Assembly (NCBI GenBank): GCA_965153455.1
Contig: OZ234493.1
Span: 29,998,213 to 30,062,212 of the forward strand
Direction of reading: 5' to 3'
Length of the DNA: 64,000 bases
DNA from: Sphagnum compactum
Taxonomy: Eukaryota
Part shown: positions 35,801 through 49,408 of the stretch, piece by piece
Position numbering within the stretch: the first letter of the stretch is position 1
Layout: each line of letters opens with the position of its first letter
Translations under genes and position numbers: made by a program
The notes under the pieces: generated by a model
The model's input: only the letters and a program-made list of their open reading frames with translations
Databases searched by the model: none
What the model was told of the DNA's origin: nothing

Positions 35801-36013
35801 TTTTGAAAGTTAATTGCTTGACTGGGTTCTGAGTTTCCTTCTCTGAAGTGTTATGAAGATTGAGGTGCATTGGATCTGCAGAGGTTTAACAAAAAGCACA
35901 CAATGTCTCCATCAGCAAAAAGCAGTGATGCAAATGGCCTGATTGTGGAAACATCAAATCAACAAGCCATGGATGAGGCCAACCTCTCCAGCTCACTGGT
36001 GGTTAGAAGTTAG
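32587..36013 (+). CDS. Phosphatidylinositol transfer protein (IP_trans/START-like PITP), 10 coding exons, ~298 aa
   Basis: Exons 32587-32606, 33005-33035, 33288-33442, 33596-33687, 33893-33900, 34116-34187, 34349-34516, 35372-35467, 35601-35723, 35882-36013. They give MVQITEFRVVMPLSVEEYKIAQMYMV..GVEVLVNEPF..GQFTSKIYHLQSKLPSW..EEAWNAYPKCKTVLKCPYF..RGPLTQGW..PVMTAYKLV..WLDEWCDLTFEDVRQLE. Confidence 0.94.
32838..32895. repeat. Compound (GA)n(GAA)n microsatellite in PITP intron 1
   Basis: Directly visible. Confidence 0.95.
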
Positions 36014-36353
36014 AACATTGAATTGGCAAAGTGCTCTGTGCAAGCAGGTCACAACCATCCAGTCTCTTCTATTTATCATCGTCAGACATTTTTTTTTTTT
36101 GGTTTGTTCATGGATTGTGCAAGAGAAATAGTTAAAACATTAAAATTGCTTTGGGTATAATACAAAAAAACCTCGAAAAAAAAGGTATTTTCTCCTGTTG
36201 AGCAATGTTGTGCAACTCTGTTGAACTTGTTGCACCTGTTAAGTAGCGCTTGTCGATTTGTAATTAGATCGATAAAGAAGAAAAACCTTGTATGTTAAAA
36301 AAATAAAAATCCGAACCCATTCGCAAGAAGCACAAGGCAGATAAAAGCACGAG

Positions 36354-36640
36354 AACACATGTCATGAAAGAACATAACAATTGGATATCGCTAATACGTT
36401 AACAAAATAAAAAATCGTAAACTAAAAATGCATTATTTATCAAAAATTTGATTAACAAATGTCATGAAAGATCATAACAATCAGTATATCGCTAAAACAC
36501 TAATAAGATAGAAATTTGTAAACTATTGCTAATACATTAATAAAATAAAAAACTGTAAACTAAAAAAGCATCATCTATCACAAATTGACTAACACATGTC
36601 ATGAAAATACATAACAATCAATATATCGCTAAAACACTAC
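36354..36640. repeat. ~100-140-bp tandem repeat, 3 copies
   Basis: A(C/A)ATGTCATGAAA..CATAACAAT..ATATCGCTAA recurs at ~36356, ~36456 and ~36593. Confidence 0.85.
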
Positions 36641-36904
36641 TGAAATGGTTAGTTACTTAGATAGGGAACTGAAATCCAATAGAAATGTGTTTGGTGTGCA
36701 CTCATCATTCAACCCTCAGGGTGCAGTGATAGCTGTTGGGTTCACTCGGGCCTTCTTTTAATTACAAGTGATGTAAAAAAAGTTCCAGATTATTTTTTTC
36801 TTGGGTCCAAGTGTTCAAACCTAAGGTTGAATGAAGAAGAAGAAGGAGATAATTACACTGTTCTGCAATAACTGGAATTTTGAGATCTTGGGTGTCAGAT
36901 ACTA

Positions 36905-39179
36905 CTAGCAGGTAGGTACATAGCATAAACCATGATCATGTAACCTCAAGATTAATTTAAGGTTTGAATTTTGAATCCATCTGATATTATGATTTAAATT
37001 CTTACTATACACTTTTCCAGATAGGGTAAACTGGCCGGTCATTAGTACACTTAAAAACAGAGAGGAACTTTGTGATCTAGGGTCCAAAGACGAGTTATAC
37101 AGGAGCTCTGGGCGCACCTAGTGCGCTTTAGATTGTTGGATTTGGACTAGAGATGCAAAAGATATGGCCTTTGGAAGTTCTCGGTTTCATTGTCCCAGAA
37201 AAAAGAAGAAGTCTCCAAACATTTTTTCTATCTATGTTCAAGCAATTGAAATCCTATCAACGAACACCTTTACACTGACACATGTCACAAATCCACCCTA
37301 TCACCAAACAATCTCATGCTCAAACTAATCATGTTCCTTGAAAAAACTAAACACCTTTATTCAAGGGTTGAGATTAAAACCCTAAAACAAGGCAAAACAA
37401 TGTTTGGTTATCAAACCCTAAAGGTTTGTTAAACCCTAAATTAGCTGCCGCTCTCCCATGCAGTGCCGACCCAAAAACCCTCTACCCCCTTCCCCCTTCC
37501 GTCTCCTTTCCACGCACAGGTCAGATTCCCGCGATTGTGTTGCTTGTCATTTTTTCGAGCTTTCCTCCCGTTCGTCTCCTTTCTGTGCACAACCCCCATG
37601 CCTCAATTCCCCCGTCGATCTTTTCTCTGTGTGGGTTAGGTTCCCCTCGACTCAACACTCATTCCCCCTTTCGTCTCCTCTTTGTGCACGGGTTTGGCTC
37701 CTCCCAACTCGATTCTTATTGCGTTGTTCATCTCCTCTCCGTGCATGGGTCAGGTTACTCCCAACCTGACTTTCATTCCCTTATCTATCTCCTCTCCGTG
37801 CACCAGTCGGGCTCCTCTTGATTCGATTCCCATTCACCTCTTTGTGCTGCAGGTACATGAACGTGAAGCTCTAGCATGTGTGTGAATTTCCTACAAGTTG
37901 GCAAGGCCCAATTTTCAAAGGTTGAAAGGAGCTCGAACCTCCCTGGTTCAAACTTCTTGCTCAAGTTTTTCTGTAGCAAAAGGAGTGCACAATTTGATGT
38001 TAGGTTCTTCTATTCTAATGTTCCTTTGCCAATTAGGAGATTAGTGTAGTGGAGCGAAATCAAAGCACATTGCAATAATAAACATTTTTGTCGAAACTTT
38101 TGCATTTGTAGTAGTCATGGATCAAACAACATGAATTGTTTTTTCAATTTACTTAACATTTGGACATTGTCAACTTCATCGATGAAATTATAACATAAAA
38201 TGCATGTAACATGAAACAAACCTATTGATAGTTATTTAAGTATTATTCATTGATGGGTTTGAATAATACTTAAATAACTATCAATAGGTTTGTTTCATGT
38301 TACATGCATTTTATGTTATAATTTCATCGATGAAGTTGACAATGTCCAAATGTTAGGTAGGCACAATGATGGATGGGTTGGGTAGGTAAGTAGGTGGGAA
38401 GGTGGGTATATAGGTGGGTGGGTGGGTATGTAGGTAGAAGGCTAGTATATAGGATTTGCTGGAAAGTAGAAATTTAGTTATATGGTATAGAGGTTTTTCT
38501 CAAAATGTAAATGTCTAACCAAAATGTGAAAACTTTTTGCTAAGAGGTAGAGGTTTATCCAATAATAAATAGAGGATTAACCAAAAATAAAAAGTTTTTG
38601 TAAAAAGAAAAATTTTAACCAACAAAAGATTAAAGTTTTCTTGAAAGTAAAAGTTTAGCTAAGAATAAAAAATAAACATTTTAACAAGGAAATAAAGAGG
38701 TTTTGTTGAGAGCAAAAGATTTAGCCAAGAAAGATAAAAAATTTCGCCAAAAAATAAAGGTTTAGTCGACAAAAGATAATTTTTTTGTCAAAAGGTAAAA
38801 ATTTAATTAAGAGTATAAATTTTTTTGTTGAGAGATAAAGGTTTTGACAAAAAAATAAAGAGGTTTTGTCAAGAGCAAAAGATTTAACCATGAAGAGATA
38901 AATTTTTTTGCCAAAAACTAAAAGTTTAATCGAGAAGAGATAAACATTTTTGCCAAAATGCAAGGTTTAAGTAGGAAAAGATAGAGAGAAGGTGGATAGG
39001 GTGATTAGGTGAGGGGTTGGTTGTTAGTTAGTAGGTAGGGCCAGGATGTCGGTCACAACCCATCCTATACCCTCATTGAGGGCCTTCCAATGGTAAAAGG
39101 AGCATGACGAGGGCACCATGATTTGGGAGATCTCAACATGAGAAACAAAACAAACAAACTACTTTCCTTCATACATAGA
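36905..39179 (-). mobile_element. Non-autonomous Helitron-like element carrying tandem repeats and a perfect palindrome
   Basis: The minus strand starts A|TCTATGTATGAAGGAAAG at 39179 and ends ...CCTACCTGCTAG|T at 36905 after a decayed hairpin. The 5' block is shared with 12560-12670. Internal ~57-bp repeats (37500-37850) and ~21-bp A-rich repeats (38480-38970). Confidence 0.5.
38154..38355. repeat. Perfect inverted repeat, 96-bp arms, 10-nt loop
   Basis: 38154-38249 is the exact reverse complement of 38260-38355. The loop is TTGATGGGTT. Confidence 0.97.
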
Positions 39180-41063
39180 TGTAATAACAATGTAACAACC
39201 CACTACTCCCCACCTATGTCCTAACCATCTACATGCTACTTACCTAGTAACCACATTCGTATCCTATATAGTGTTTTATTTTCAATTTTCCAACGAAGAA
39301 AATTGGGAAAATTTTGACCTTCTTTTTTTCTAATGTGAATTCAACTAATTTTGCTAATGTTTTACAAAATTCCTCAAAATTTTCAATATGAAAAAATATG
39401 AAAAAATAAACACCATACCAAACACCCTAGAAGACTTATTCTTTAGAGGATAGGTTACCAAGGTGAAACTCATCATCCACAATTGAGTCATCCACTTTTT
39501 CAAAATCAAAAAAATGAAAAAAAAAAACAAAAACATACTGGGTTAACATGATCCTTGAACCTGATGATGCATTGATGTAATGCTCAAAGATTGCAATACC
39601 TATTATGGGGCTAAAGAAGTGGAAATTTAGCATCTATTTGTAAACATACTTTGGTCCAAAGAAAAGGGGAGAACAAATCCTATGCACATGTTCTGACCCA
39701 CTTTTGACATTTGTATCATAGTTTATTCAATTTTGTAGCAAAAAGAAATGAATGAACTCTAATATTAATAATAGAAATGTTTTATAAAAAAAAAACATTC
39801 CATCTAGATGCAAACTGTGAACAGCCATATTTCTTTCTCCTTAATTTCGCACAAATGTGAAAAAGATCAATTGAATAGGGAATATTCCATTGTAGATTCT
39901 TTGATTTTTTTGGGGGAAAAATCATTGGATTTCAAAGATGTTTTTTTAAAAAAAATTCACCACATTTCCCCTCTACCTATGGCTTGGTAGCAAATTTTGT
40001 GTGTATTCTATGAACCTGTAATCGTTTAATGTGAAATCTCTCTTGGAATGTCGTAAAATTGAAGGAAAACAAAAAAAATCCTAACCATGAAGCAAATTTC
40101 ATGAAATGCTCCAAAGAGAACTTCCACTAAGTTGCCATGAAAATGAATGGGGGAGAATTTGATCACATTTGGTCTACTACAGAGGTATTTTTCTTAACAC
40201 AAAATCCAGTCGAACAATTCAGCGCAATTCTACTGATTCTGAATTGCTTTAGACATGCAGGTATTTTATTTCTTCAACTCTCTTGAACAGTCCATGAACC
40301 AAATAAAATGTATAACAAACACAAATTTATGTGTCACAGACGAAAAATTTATGTGCCGGAAATGAAAATTTATGTGCTGAAAAGGGAGGAAACCCTACAT
40401 ACAAAAGTAAGTGATGACATGATATGGGGAGGTCAATTGAAATGTCCAAACCAAGAAGAAGAAGAAGAAGAAGAATAGGCTCTCAATGGATCTGGACAAA
40501 ATGGAAGGAAAAAATGATATGGGATGGAAGTAAAGTTGACAGTATTCATAAACCCAACAGGGGAAAATTATACAAAAGAATATAGTAAAAGAAGAAAAAA
40601 TCATTATTTTGTGCCCCAAAATTTTTAAGATAATCAATACCATAGTACCTTGGCACTATTTAGGTATATTATTAGGCAAAATGTTGAAATTTTCAAAAAA
40701 CACTTTTAAAATTCCAAAGAATAAAAAGTTTTGTGTACTAGGAAGAGGAAGAATCTTGTGAAATATTCCATTTTTTCAACATGGAATCTTCAAAATGAAT
40801 GAAGAAATGATTGAATGGATGGATGAATTACTGGACAGACATGTGTTGAACCTGCCCCTTGTGCTAGAGTATCCATCTACAGAATTTCCCAATCAACGGC
40901 ACAACATGGATGATCCATCCCTTGTCCATGTGGTTTCAATAGAGGTGAACTTGTGCTCCTTCCTTGTTCCTCCTTTGGTGTTTGTTTGTCTGAGAGAGAA
41001 AAATAAATAAATAAATAAAAAAAGGGGGTTTTTGCTCCAGGATTTTTCAAGGTCAAACATGCA

Positions 41064-41233
41064 GTGTAACAACCGAGTGCAGTCAAAAAAGCAACACTTA
41101 ATTGTTTGTCAGGAGTGTGCAACAACCCGGTGGTGCAGTCAAAAAAGCAACACCTGATTGTTTGTCTGGAGTGTGTAACAACAACCCAGTGCAGTCAAAA
41201 AAGCCACACCTGATTTGTTTGTCTGGAGTGTAT
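41064..41233. repeat. ~57-bp tandem repeat, 3 copies
   Basis: GTGCAGTCAAAAAAGC(A/C)ACAC..ATTGTTTGTC(A/T)GGAGTGT x3. Confidence 0.9.
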
Positions 41234-41532
41234 GTCCGAGTATTTTGCACCCTAGAAATCAGGAAAGGGGGGGTGGCTGGGGCGGGGCAGGGGATTTAAT
41301 TTAATTCAGGCCTTTTAATTTGAAGGGGACCAGGGCTTGGCAGTAACTCTTCAAACCGAATCCATGGAAGAGATATATACTTCCTCTAATAAGGCTGGCC
41401 ACATGCACGCAAATTAGCTGGACCTGGCCACAAAGCTTGCTGACTTGCAACTGATGCCAAGGCTGAAAGACAGGGTTAATGTGCAGGGTTGTGCTAGCTA
41501 GTTCCTTCACCACTCGGCCAGCTACCTATTAC

Positions 41533-41700
41533 AATGGCACCAACAAGCGGCTTGTTTGCTGTTGTCGTCCAGTGTATAATTTTTGTTCTTTGATTGGAAC
41601 CGAGTGGATATTAAAAATGGCACCAACAACAGCTTGTTTGCTGTTGTTGTCCTGTGTATAATTTTTTGTCCCTTGATGGAACTGAGCCGATATTAAAAAA
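41533..41700. repeat. ~84-bp tandem duplication
   Basis: AATGGCACCAACAA..GCTTGTTTGCTGTTGT..GTGTATAATTTTT..GGAAC..GATATTAAAAA x2. Confidence 0.9.
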
Positions 41701-44700
41701 AAAAAACGGGTCCACATTACAGCGTCTCGTCGTGGGTCCACATTACGGCGTCTCAGCACAACGCAGCATTGGATGCTCAATCGCCTTGTTGTGGTTGAGA
41801 CGATGGTGAGGCCTCCTAAAGATCCATTTGGAGGCTGAATCAGCCTGCCCGTCAATTCTGCACTGTTCCCATGAGTTCCCAATGAGGAGTTAGTTTCCCA
41901 TGAGTTCTTTGGCTTTATTTACCACACAATAATAATGGGCGGTCCAGGGTGGATTCAGGGTCCTAGCGCACTCCTGACATTGCCCTAATGGACTTGCCAA
42001 GGGATTTGCTAAGGACCCAAAGCCCCCCTAGGTGGCTCATGGTTTAGTACATTACGGTATGGGGTGTCAGATTCCGTCGTTTTCTTGCCCACATTATATG
42101 ACATAATTTTCTGTTGATGATCATACAATTGCAACCAAAGAGACCAAAAATCTCTGGAATATATATATATTTGGGGGGGGAGAGGGGGCGGGATTGTTGA
42201 CTCTCTAACCCCATGTCATGCTATGGGCTCAACCTTGCCCAATATGTTGGGTTCATGGCCCAGATGCCCTGATGGACTCAGGTGGCACATTACCCAACAT
42301 AATGGACAGAGGCTTGACCATTCCATAGTACATTAAAAGATCCCCATTATGCAGAAAAACAAATGACAATCAACAATGCATATCTTTCAAATTGATTCAT
42401 TATAAGTATATTTTATTATGACAAATTTTAGACCCAAGCATTCAAAAGAAGCATGACAAAGGGGAAATTTATTTTATTTTACATATAACCCATTTGCAGA
42501 AAGTTAGCTAAATTTTCTTTTAATCTTTACTTGTGAGGGAGGCAGTCCTCTTATTTGCCTTTTAAGCTGTAAGCATGGCCTGGCTGCCTGTGCTCTAGCA
42601 TGCTTCAAAATTGTGTGCCTTAATTTAATTGCTAAAAAATTATTGTGTGTCTTAAATTTACATGCTTGAAAATTTGGTCACCAAATTTTGCAAATGTATC
42701 TAGTCTCTCTAGTCTCTCTACTGTAGACACTGGCACACATTTAGTTTAGTGAAAAGGGAAAAACAAAAAGGAAAACGAAAAGCTCAGTCATCTGAGGGTA
42801 GGCTACTTAAATCACTTCAATGCAACACAAATGATTTAGTGAGAAGTAGGCTAGGAGGAGGTAAAAAGGTGTAAAAACAAAAGTTAGGTCATCTGATCAG
42901 ACAGACAGCAATAGAAGAAGAAGCTTTATTTTGTTTGGTACCCAAATGAGGGTTGACTCATTCCACTCAAGTAAAGTATTTAGTATTTTACCGTTTTATA
43001 GTAGTAGTGAGAATAATGACAAAATTCCAAGAACCAAATATGCTCTGCCAAAGTCTGGTTCTCATGAAGGAAAAAGAAAACAAAGTGCAAATTAACAAAA
43101 ATTTCAATCAATTTTATAGTTTGGCTTGCTACTACTAACTACTCCAGCTCCCACATAAAAGGAGTTTCCACTTAATTGAAATCACACCCACTTGAGAGTC
43201 TTCCACAGTTCCTCATCAAATTGGCCATTTATGGAGCCTCTGAAATGAAACTTCACACATGGGCTTGGATTTGTTTGTTTGCTTGTTCTTGGTTTGGGAA
43301 GCTAGGCTAAACCCTAAACCCTACTACTACTACTACTACTACTACTTTCCACAACTAACTGATGTCAGCCTCTTCTGACAATGCTAGAGACTGTTGTGTT
43401 CCTTTTGTTTTTGTAATAATGAAATTGGAGTTCGAGGGTTTTTGAACCCTTCCCTTTCTATTGACACTTAAAAGAACTGGTAGAATTTTTCTACTCTGCA
43501 TCAGTCTTTAATTTTGTTTTTGGGGCAAAACATTGGCAAAAGGCGACACAGATTTTTTTTTGAGGGAATATTTTGTCACAAATTCTCTGGTTCATTCAAA
43601 AGAAACATTTGCCAAGTTGACAGAAAACTGGTTTTTGTTTGGGAGGGTGTTGCCAGATTCATGCCATTTATGAGCTCCCTGGAAAAGAAAAGAGTCGCCA
43701 GTTAAGTCGAAATCTGCCAAGGGATGCTTGTCACTCTGGCTCAGTCAGGGAATTGAGGAAAAAAAAAACTCTGCTCTGGGTGGTGATCACACATACAAAG
43801 TTTTTTTTTTTCTGTTGGTGGTGAAATTTTGCAATTTGGGGAATTATTTTTTTGTTGCTTGAATGGTTGGTTCTACATCAGGTTTCATTAGGTAGCCAGA
43901 AAATAGAAGGGTTTGTAAATCGTTCGAGCTTTATGTTTTGTTTTTGGCAAATTTGGCTAAATCATCTTATGAATGATTGTAACTTGTGTTACATCAAATA
44001 ATAGGGTAAATTTTTAAAATAACATTATTAAAAATAAAATAAATAAAACCCTGATGTGGTAGGCATTAGTTTTTTTGGGTGAATTTTTGCATGGATTTGT
44101 TGGGAGAACATTTTTGTACAAGTTTGCTTTTTAGAATGTAATTTCAACTAGATTTGCTATTTTAAGGGAAATATACAACAGCTTGTATGACCTTGTAAGT
44201 GAGCCCTAGGCAAATAGGTCATACAAGCTTTATTTATATTATTTATTTTTGTGACATTTACTAAATTTGATGCCTGGGTTCCAGCATCTTATTTTTATTT
44301 ATTTTATTTTATTTTATTTTTAAAGAAAAGAATATTGGAAAATTTTCCCAAACTTACGACTAACTAGCCTATAAAATTGTCACTGGGAAGAATTTCTGCC
44401 CTTTGCATTAAAAGTTTTCAGGGTCAACTGCCGTTTCAAAGGTATGCGACTGACTACGAACACAGAGAACTTTGAACGGGTCTAAGCAGATACCTAGTCA
44501 ACAAAGTCCGTATAATAATGTGACAGAAATTGCTCATGAGTGCCAATTGCATCATGTAATCGTCATGCCAATTACTTCACAATGAATGGTCGCTGGTCAG
44601 ACCAACCTTTGTTGCGGCAACCCACCCGTAGGCTTGGCGGGTGCATCCCCAAATAGCCATTACCCAAGATAGCCGTAAATTGGCTCTTGCAAAAGAAGTT

Positions 44701-47700
44701 TTTTTTTTTTTTGTCCTTTGGCTACTAACAAAGCAGCAAACAAGCAGCTCATCACATCACATAATGGCTCTGTCCTTTCAGGCAGCTTCAAACTTCAAAC
44801 TAGAAACTTTCATTACTGGATGTAGAACTTCTCATCTAGATGCATGCACTTCCAGGGAACATGCCCATGCACCACATACTGTAGTACCTGGGTCAGTTCG
44901 GCAGCAAGGTGCCTAATTATTATTATTATTATTATTATTTTGTCATTTACTTTTGACAGTAAAAATAATAATAATTTTCGAGTAGGCACTATAATAAATA
45001 ATGAAGCTTGTGAGTTTGTTCAGATTTTCAGCATGATAATAAGTACATAAATCTTTCAAGAAATTTTGGGTGAATTTTTAAAACTAATGAATTAGTGTCT
45101 AACCAGCCTAGTACTATGGTAAAGTGTCTGGAGAGTCCAGATGTCATTCCCACATTGGGTCAAGTTGGAGCCTAAATTTTTTGCCCAAAATCCTCCCACA
45201 TCAAAGGCCATATAGTCTCTTGGCTCTTTGTACAGAGCCAATAAATGATGATGTCTGTGTGCACACAGAAGAGTAGCAGTACTTGGGGGGCCCATCAATC
45301 CTCTCAAGACAAACCCTCTCTGATAATCTGTGACAATCTCGCCTGGAATTAACTAAGTTCCAGTTCCTCTCTCATCTCTCATCACTTCAGTTCCAAAACA
45401 CACCTGATGGATGCTACTTAATTCAGTCTTAACTCAATGCTAAGGGAGCCAGTTATGGATTCAAACTAAGTTAATTAGCATAAATGGGATTAGGGTTAGG
45501 GTTCAGATCTGCCTGGTCTCCATCCACACACATATTTAGTCTAGTAGTTCTTAACCAACTCCTTTTTTCATCACTTCATTTGCTTTGCTCATGCATTGCA
45601 TTGCTTGCTTGCTTTCAAAGGGCCAGAGTGAGCCACAGCAACAATGGTGTTTTTTCTTTTTTTTTCTTTTTTGGGGTAAATTTTGTGATGTAGCCAAAAT
45701 GGCAATTGTTCATAGGAAGATTAGGAAAATTTGGCCACAAAGTGAATTATTTTGCTTTTTTATAGCATCCTTCTATATTATTAGGCACCTAATTGAATGA
45801 AACATAAGAGTATGAACATTTTTATTTTGTCAAATTTGGCCATGAACCAGATATGAATTTTTTATTTTTTTAAAAGTATGCTTATATATTTTTCTGTACC
45901 TACTGGAACCATATATAGAAAAATCTGGAGATATTTAATATTTTATTCTATTTTTGAATTTTGATGATTGAAATTTCTCAACAATCATTTGATTTTCACT
46001 TTTTCAATGTTTTCTTTTTCTTTTTGGTGAAATTATGCCTGTAAAAGAAAAGGGGGGTGAAAAGCAGCCACGCATGCACAATTCAGGATGAATGGTGTGT
46101 GGGGATGGGAAATAACTTTTTCATTGTATTGTTCTTGTTCCCAGCTAACCATGGTGCTTGGTTATGTACTAACTACTAACCATCCACAGGCATCTAATCT
46201 ACCTAGCTAGTAGCCACCAACTGCCTTACCTAGATAGTAACCACTTACATTCCCTACCTACTTACCCATCATGGTACTTATGACTTACCCGAAGATGGAT
46301 TGACAATGCAATGTCATGTCGGTTTCCTTCATAATTTTTTCATAATTTTTTTCAAGAATAAACTTAGGATGTTCTTAGGAATTGTTACACTAGTGCAAAG
46401 AATGAAAAAACCCAGAATTTGTTTGGAATTAGGGAAATTGAGAATGAATTCTACTTCTCCACCTAGAAATTGAAAATAATTTTCTACCTTTCAATCTTAA
46501 AATTAAAAATTAGGAGATTTCCCACAAATCATGTCATACACAGTTAATTTCATGTTGAGAAAAATATATCAAAGGTTAACAGTTGTGATATCTTTGGTGG
46601 CTTTGGCATAAATTAAATTATTTTTTGAATCTGTCAAATTTTTGAAAATTTTATTTAAAATGTAAAAATTTGATCTTTGGTTGTCTTGAAGGGAGGATAC
46701 TAAATAGAGGTTCACTTGACCACTAAAACAATTCAAATATTTGAAACAAAAAATACCTTATCATCAAAACATTTCAAATTGTTTGAAACAGATAAATACC
46801 TTGATTGCTAAAACAGTTTGAATTGTTTGAAACAAAGTACCTTACAAGAAATTTATTTTATTGTTAAATTTTTAAAAAATTAAAAGCCCAAGACCCCGTC
46901 AAGAAACTGAAGTTAAATTAATTATTCGACAGACATTCGTGTGCCAAATCTGCAAAAATATTACGATAATATCTTCCCAACCAAAAATCAAACCCCCTTC
47001 TCACAAGAGTTAATTACCTAAAACAATTCACAACATGACTAAATACCACCACCACCACCATAGTACGATTCCATCTTATTTATTAGAGTGATTTGATGCT
47101 TTTGTTGGGGGGGGGACTTGACCACATCCTCTCGTCTTCACTTGCACACAACTCTTTCTTTAACGAATAAATTATTGGCAAATAGGTACACAAAAGATTG
47201 ATCCTATCTGAAATCATAGGAGAAGTAACTTAACATATTCGATACACATTGTAGTGGCCGGCATGACCTCCCACCCATATGGGCTGAAATAAAAAGGTGC
47301 TTTCAAGTCGTATGATTTTTGACTCATCCAAGAAAGCCTTTCCCCCTCCCCTCCCCTCCCCTCCCCTCCCCAAAACATATTGGAGCCTACCTCTATGAAG
47401 AACAATTTAAATTTTTTATTGCAATGGCATAAAGCAGAAGGTGTAAATACTAACTAATTTTTTTTATTGAATCAAAGAAATCTCTACACAATAAGAATTA
47501 TTTGAACTTAAGGTCCATCATATCATGGTAATCTACAAAACTTCACACAATAACACTATTTGAGGTGAATGCAAAGCCAAAACCCTAAACACATTCAATT
47601 GCACTACCTTCCCTTTGGTTGATGCTTACGAAACATAATAGTGCAAGTTACTATGTGAGTCTGTACCAAGAAATAAACAAATAAAAGGAGAATCCCCTGA

Positions 47701-49408
47701 AATTGTAATCATCATATTTGTGGAATGACTTAAATTGAACCCCATTGGCTCGAAACACCGTCAGCCTAAAACCAAAAAGAAAAACCAAAAGTTGCCAAGA
47801 TGCTTACTTAAATGGTATGGAATTTGGCAACAATTTTGTCTTGGTCTCTATGTCTCGACCGAAGAGAAATTACTCCTCATTTGTTTTGAAATGGGACCAA
47901 GTTTTGCACTTGCAACCCATCGAGACAAATGGATTTTGTCGCAAGCATTCTTGTTCACAAACTTTTATTTTCAAAAGCGTTGGTGTTAGCTAAGGATTTT
48001 TTGGGGGAGGGGGGAGGAGGGAACATGAAGAGTACAATTTTCTGGGTCCCAATGTCTCCCAATGTGTTCAATTGGTGGTGGGTCTAGTGGCCTTCCGTGA
48101 GCTGATTTCCATTACCATTAAATTTTCATGCCTTCATTTCCAAGCCTCTTGTGGTGGTAATAATAATAATAATAATATCCTTGTGTAGTCCAAAAAATGG
48201 CTTGTGTTAGTTTGATTGATTTTGAAACCCTGGACCTTAGTGTTATTGGAATTGAAAATTTTCCAAAGTTTGGGAAAAGAAATCGTCAACTCTCAAACTC
48301 AAACCCTAGACTACCTCTCAACATTTTTGGATGTATTAGTATTTTGTTTGATAATGGGGGTGGGGGAATAAGAAAAATTCAACCTCAAAACATGGACCCA
48401 AAATGTGTCTCAGAATGCCAAGGTGAAAATAAACAGGAAATAGGGGCAAAAATAACTATGGGCAAAACTAATGTTAGTGCATTGGCCACACTAATTTAGC
48501 TTTATTCACAAGACTATAACATTACAACAACAAAAACAGAAGGTATAATGTTCATAATGGGACAAAGCAAGTCATGTTGTATATAATGACTCAAAACACA
48601 AGATTTATTATTTAATGTATATAAATAATACAAAATATTGTCATTTTGGTTCCTAAGGGAGAAGGAGGGCAACCACATGATTATTAGTCTGGGAAAAAAT
48701 AATATTAAAAAATTGAATGTGTCAATCTTTTTAACAAGTGTGCAAAGTAGGATCCAAATCATGAGCTCAGATACCAAGTCAGGATGATGATTATATTATG
48801 ATGATCATCATCATCCTCTTCCTTTGGGGGTAGAAGATTGAGGAAGAACTTTCTTATTCCTCCCTCAAAATTAAACCCAACTACAATTAGTGATAAGAAT
48901 CAATGTCTATTTCATGTATTATGTGAATATTAAAAAAAATCTAATGAAAATAGTAATATTCTCTCTTTTTTTATGGCAGCATAACAAAGAGGTCACTCAT
49001 ATTTTTATGAAAATGGTATGAATTTCAGATAATGAAATTTTCCTATTCACTTTCGGGGATAGAATTTATATACAATTAAAAGATACATCAATATAAGCCT
49101 ACCATTAAAAGCTCTTGAAAATTTCTATTAGAAATTTTTTTTGAGAATTATTTCAAGAATTCCATTTATAAATTATATTGTAAACGTATTAATGATCAAA
49201 ATTGCCATATTTGTTGCTAACATAGGAATAAATATCGTCTATTATCTAGTGTTTTTTTAAACCTTTTATATGTGTGTGTGTTTTTCTCTCAGTTCATGAT
49301 GTCAAAGCCATGATGAAGTTTTCTCAAATAGAGAAAATTTAGTTGAAATTAGATTTTTTAAAAAAATCCCTTAAACATTTGGCTCAACTAGTGGGAAAAT
49401 AAATAAAT

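Noticed and set aside
41064-41233. CRISPR-like regularly spaced repeats
   Set aside because: The units are contiguous near-identical tandem copies with no unique spacers, the context is eukaryotic, and there are no cas genes.
43307-43346. Interstitial telomeric repeat
   Set aside because: Only about two CCCTAAA units merging into a (CTA)n microsatellite; at most a telobox.
45140-45245. snRNA-type USE (TCCCACAT) promoter
   Set aside because: No correctly spaced TATA and no recognisable snRNA sequence downstream.
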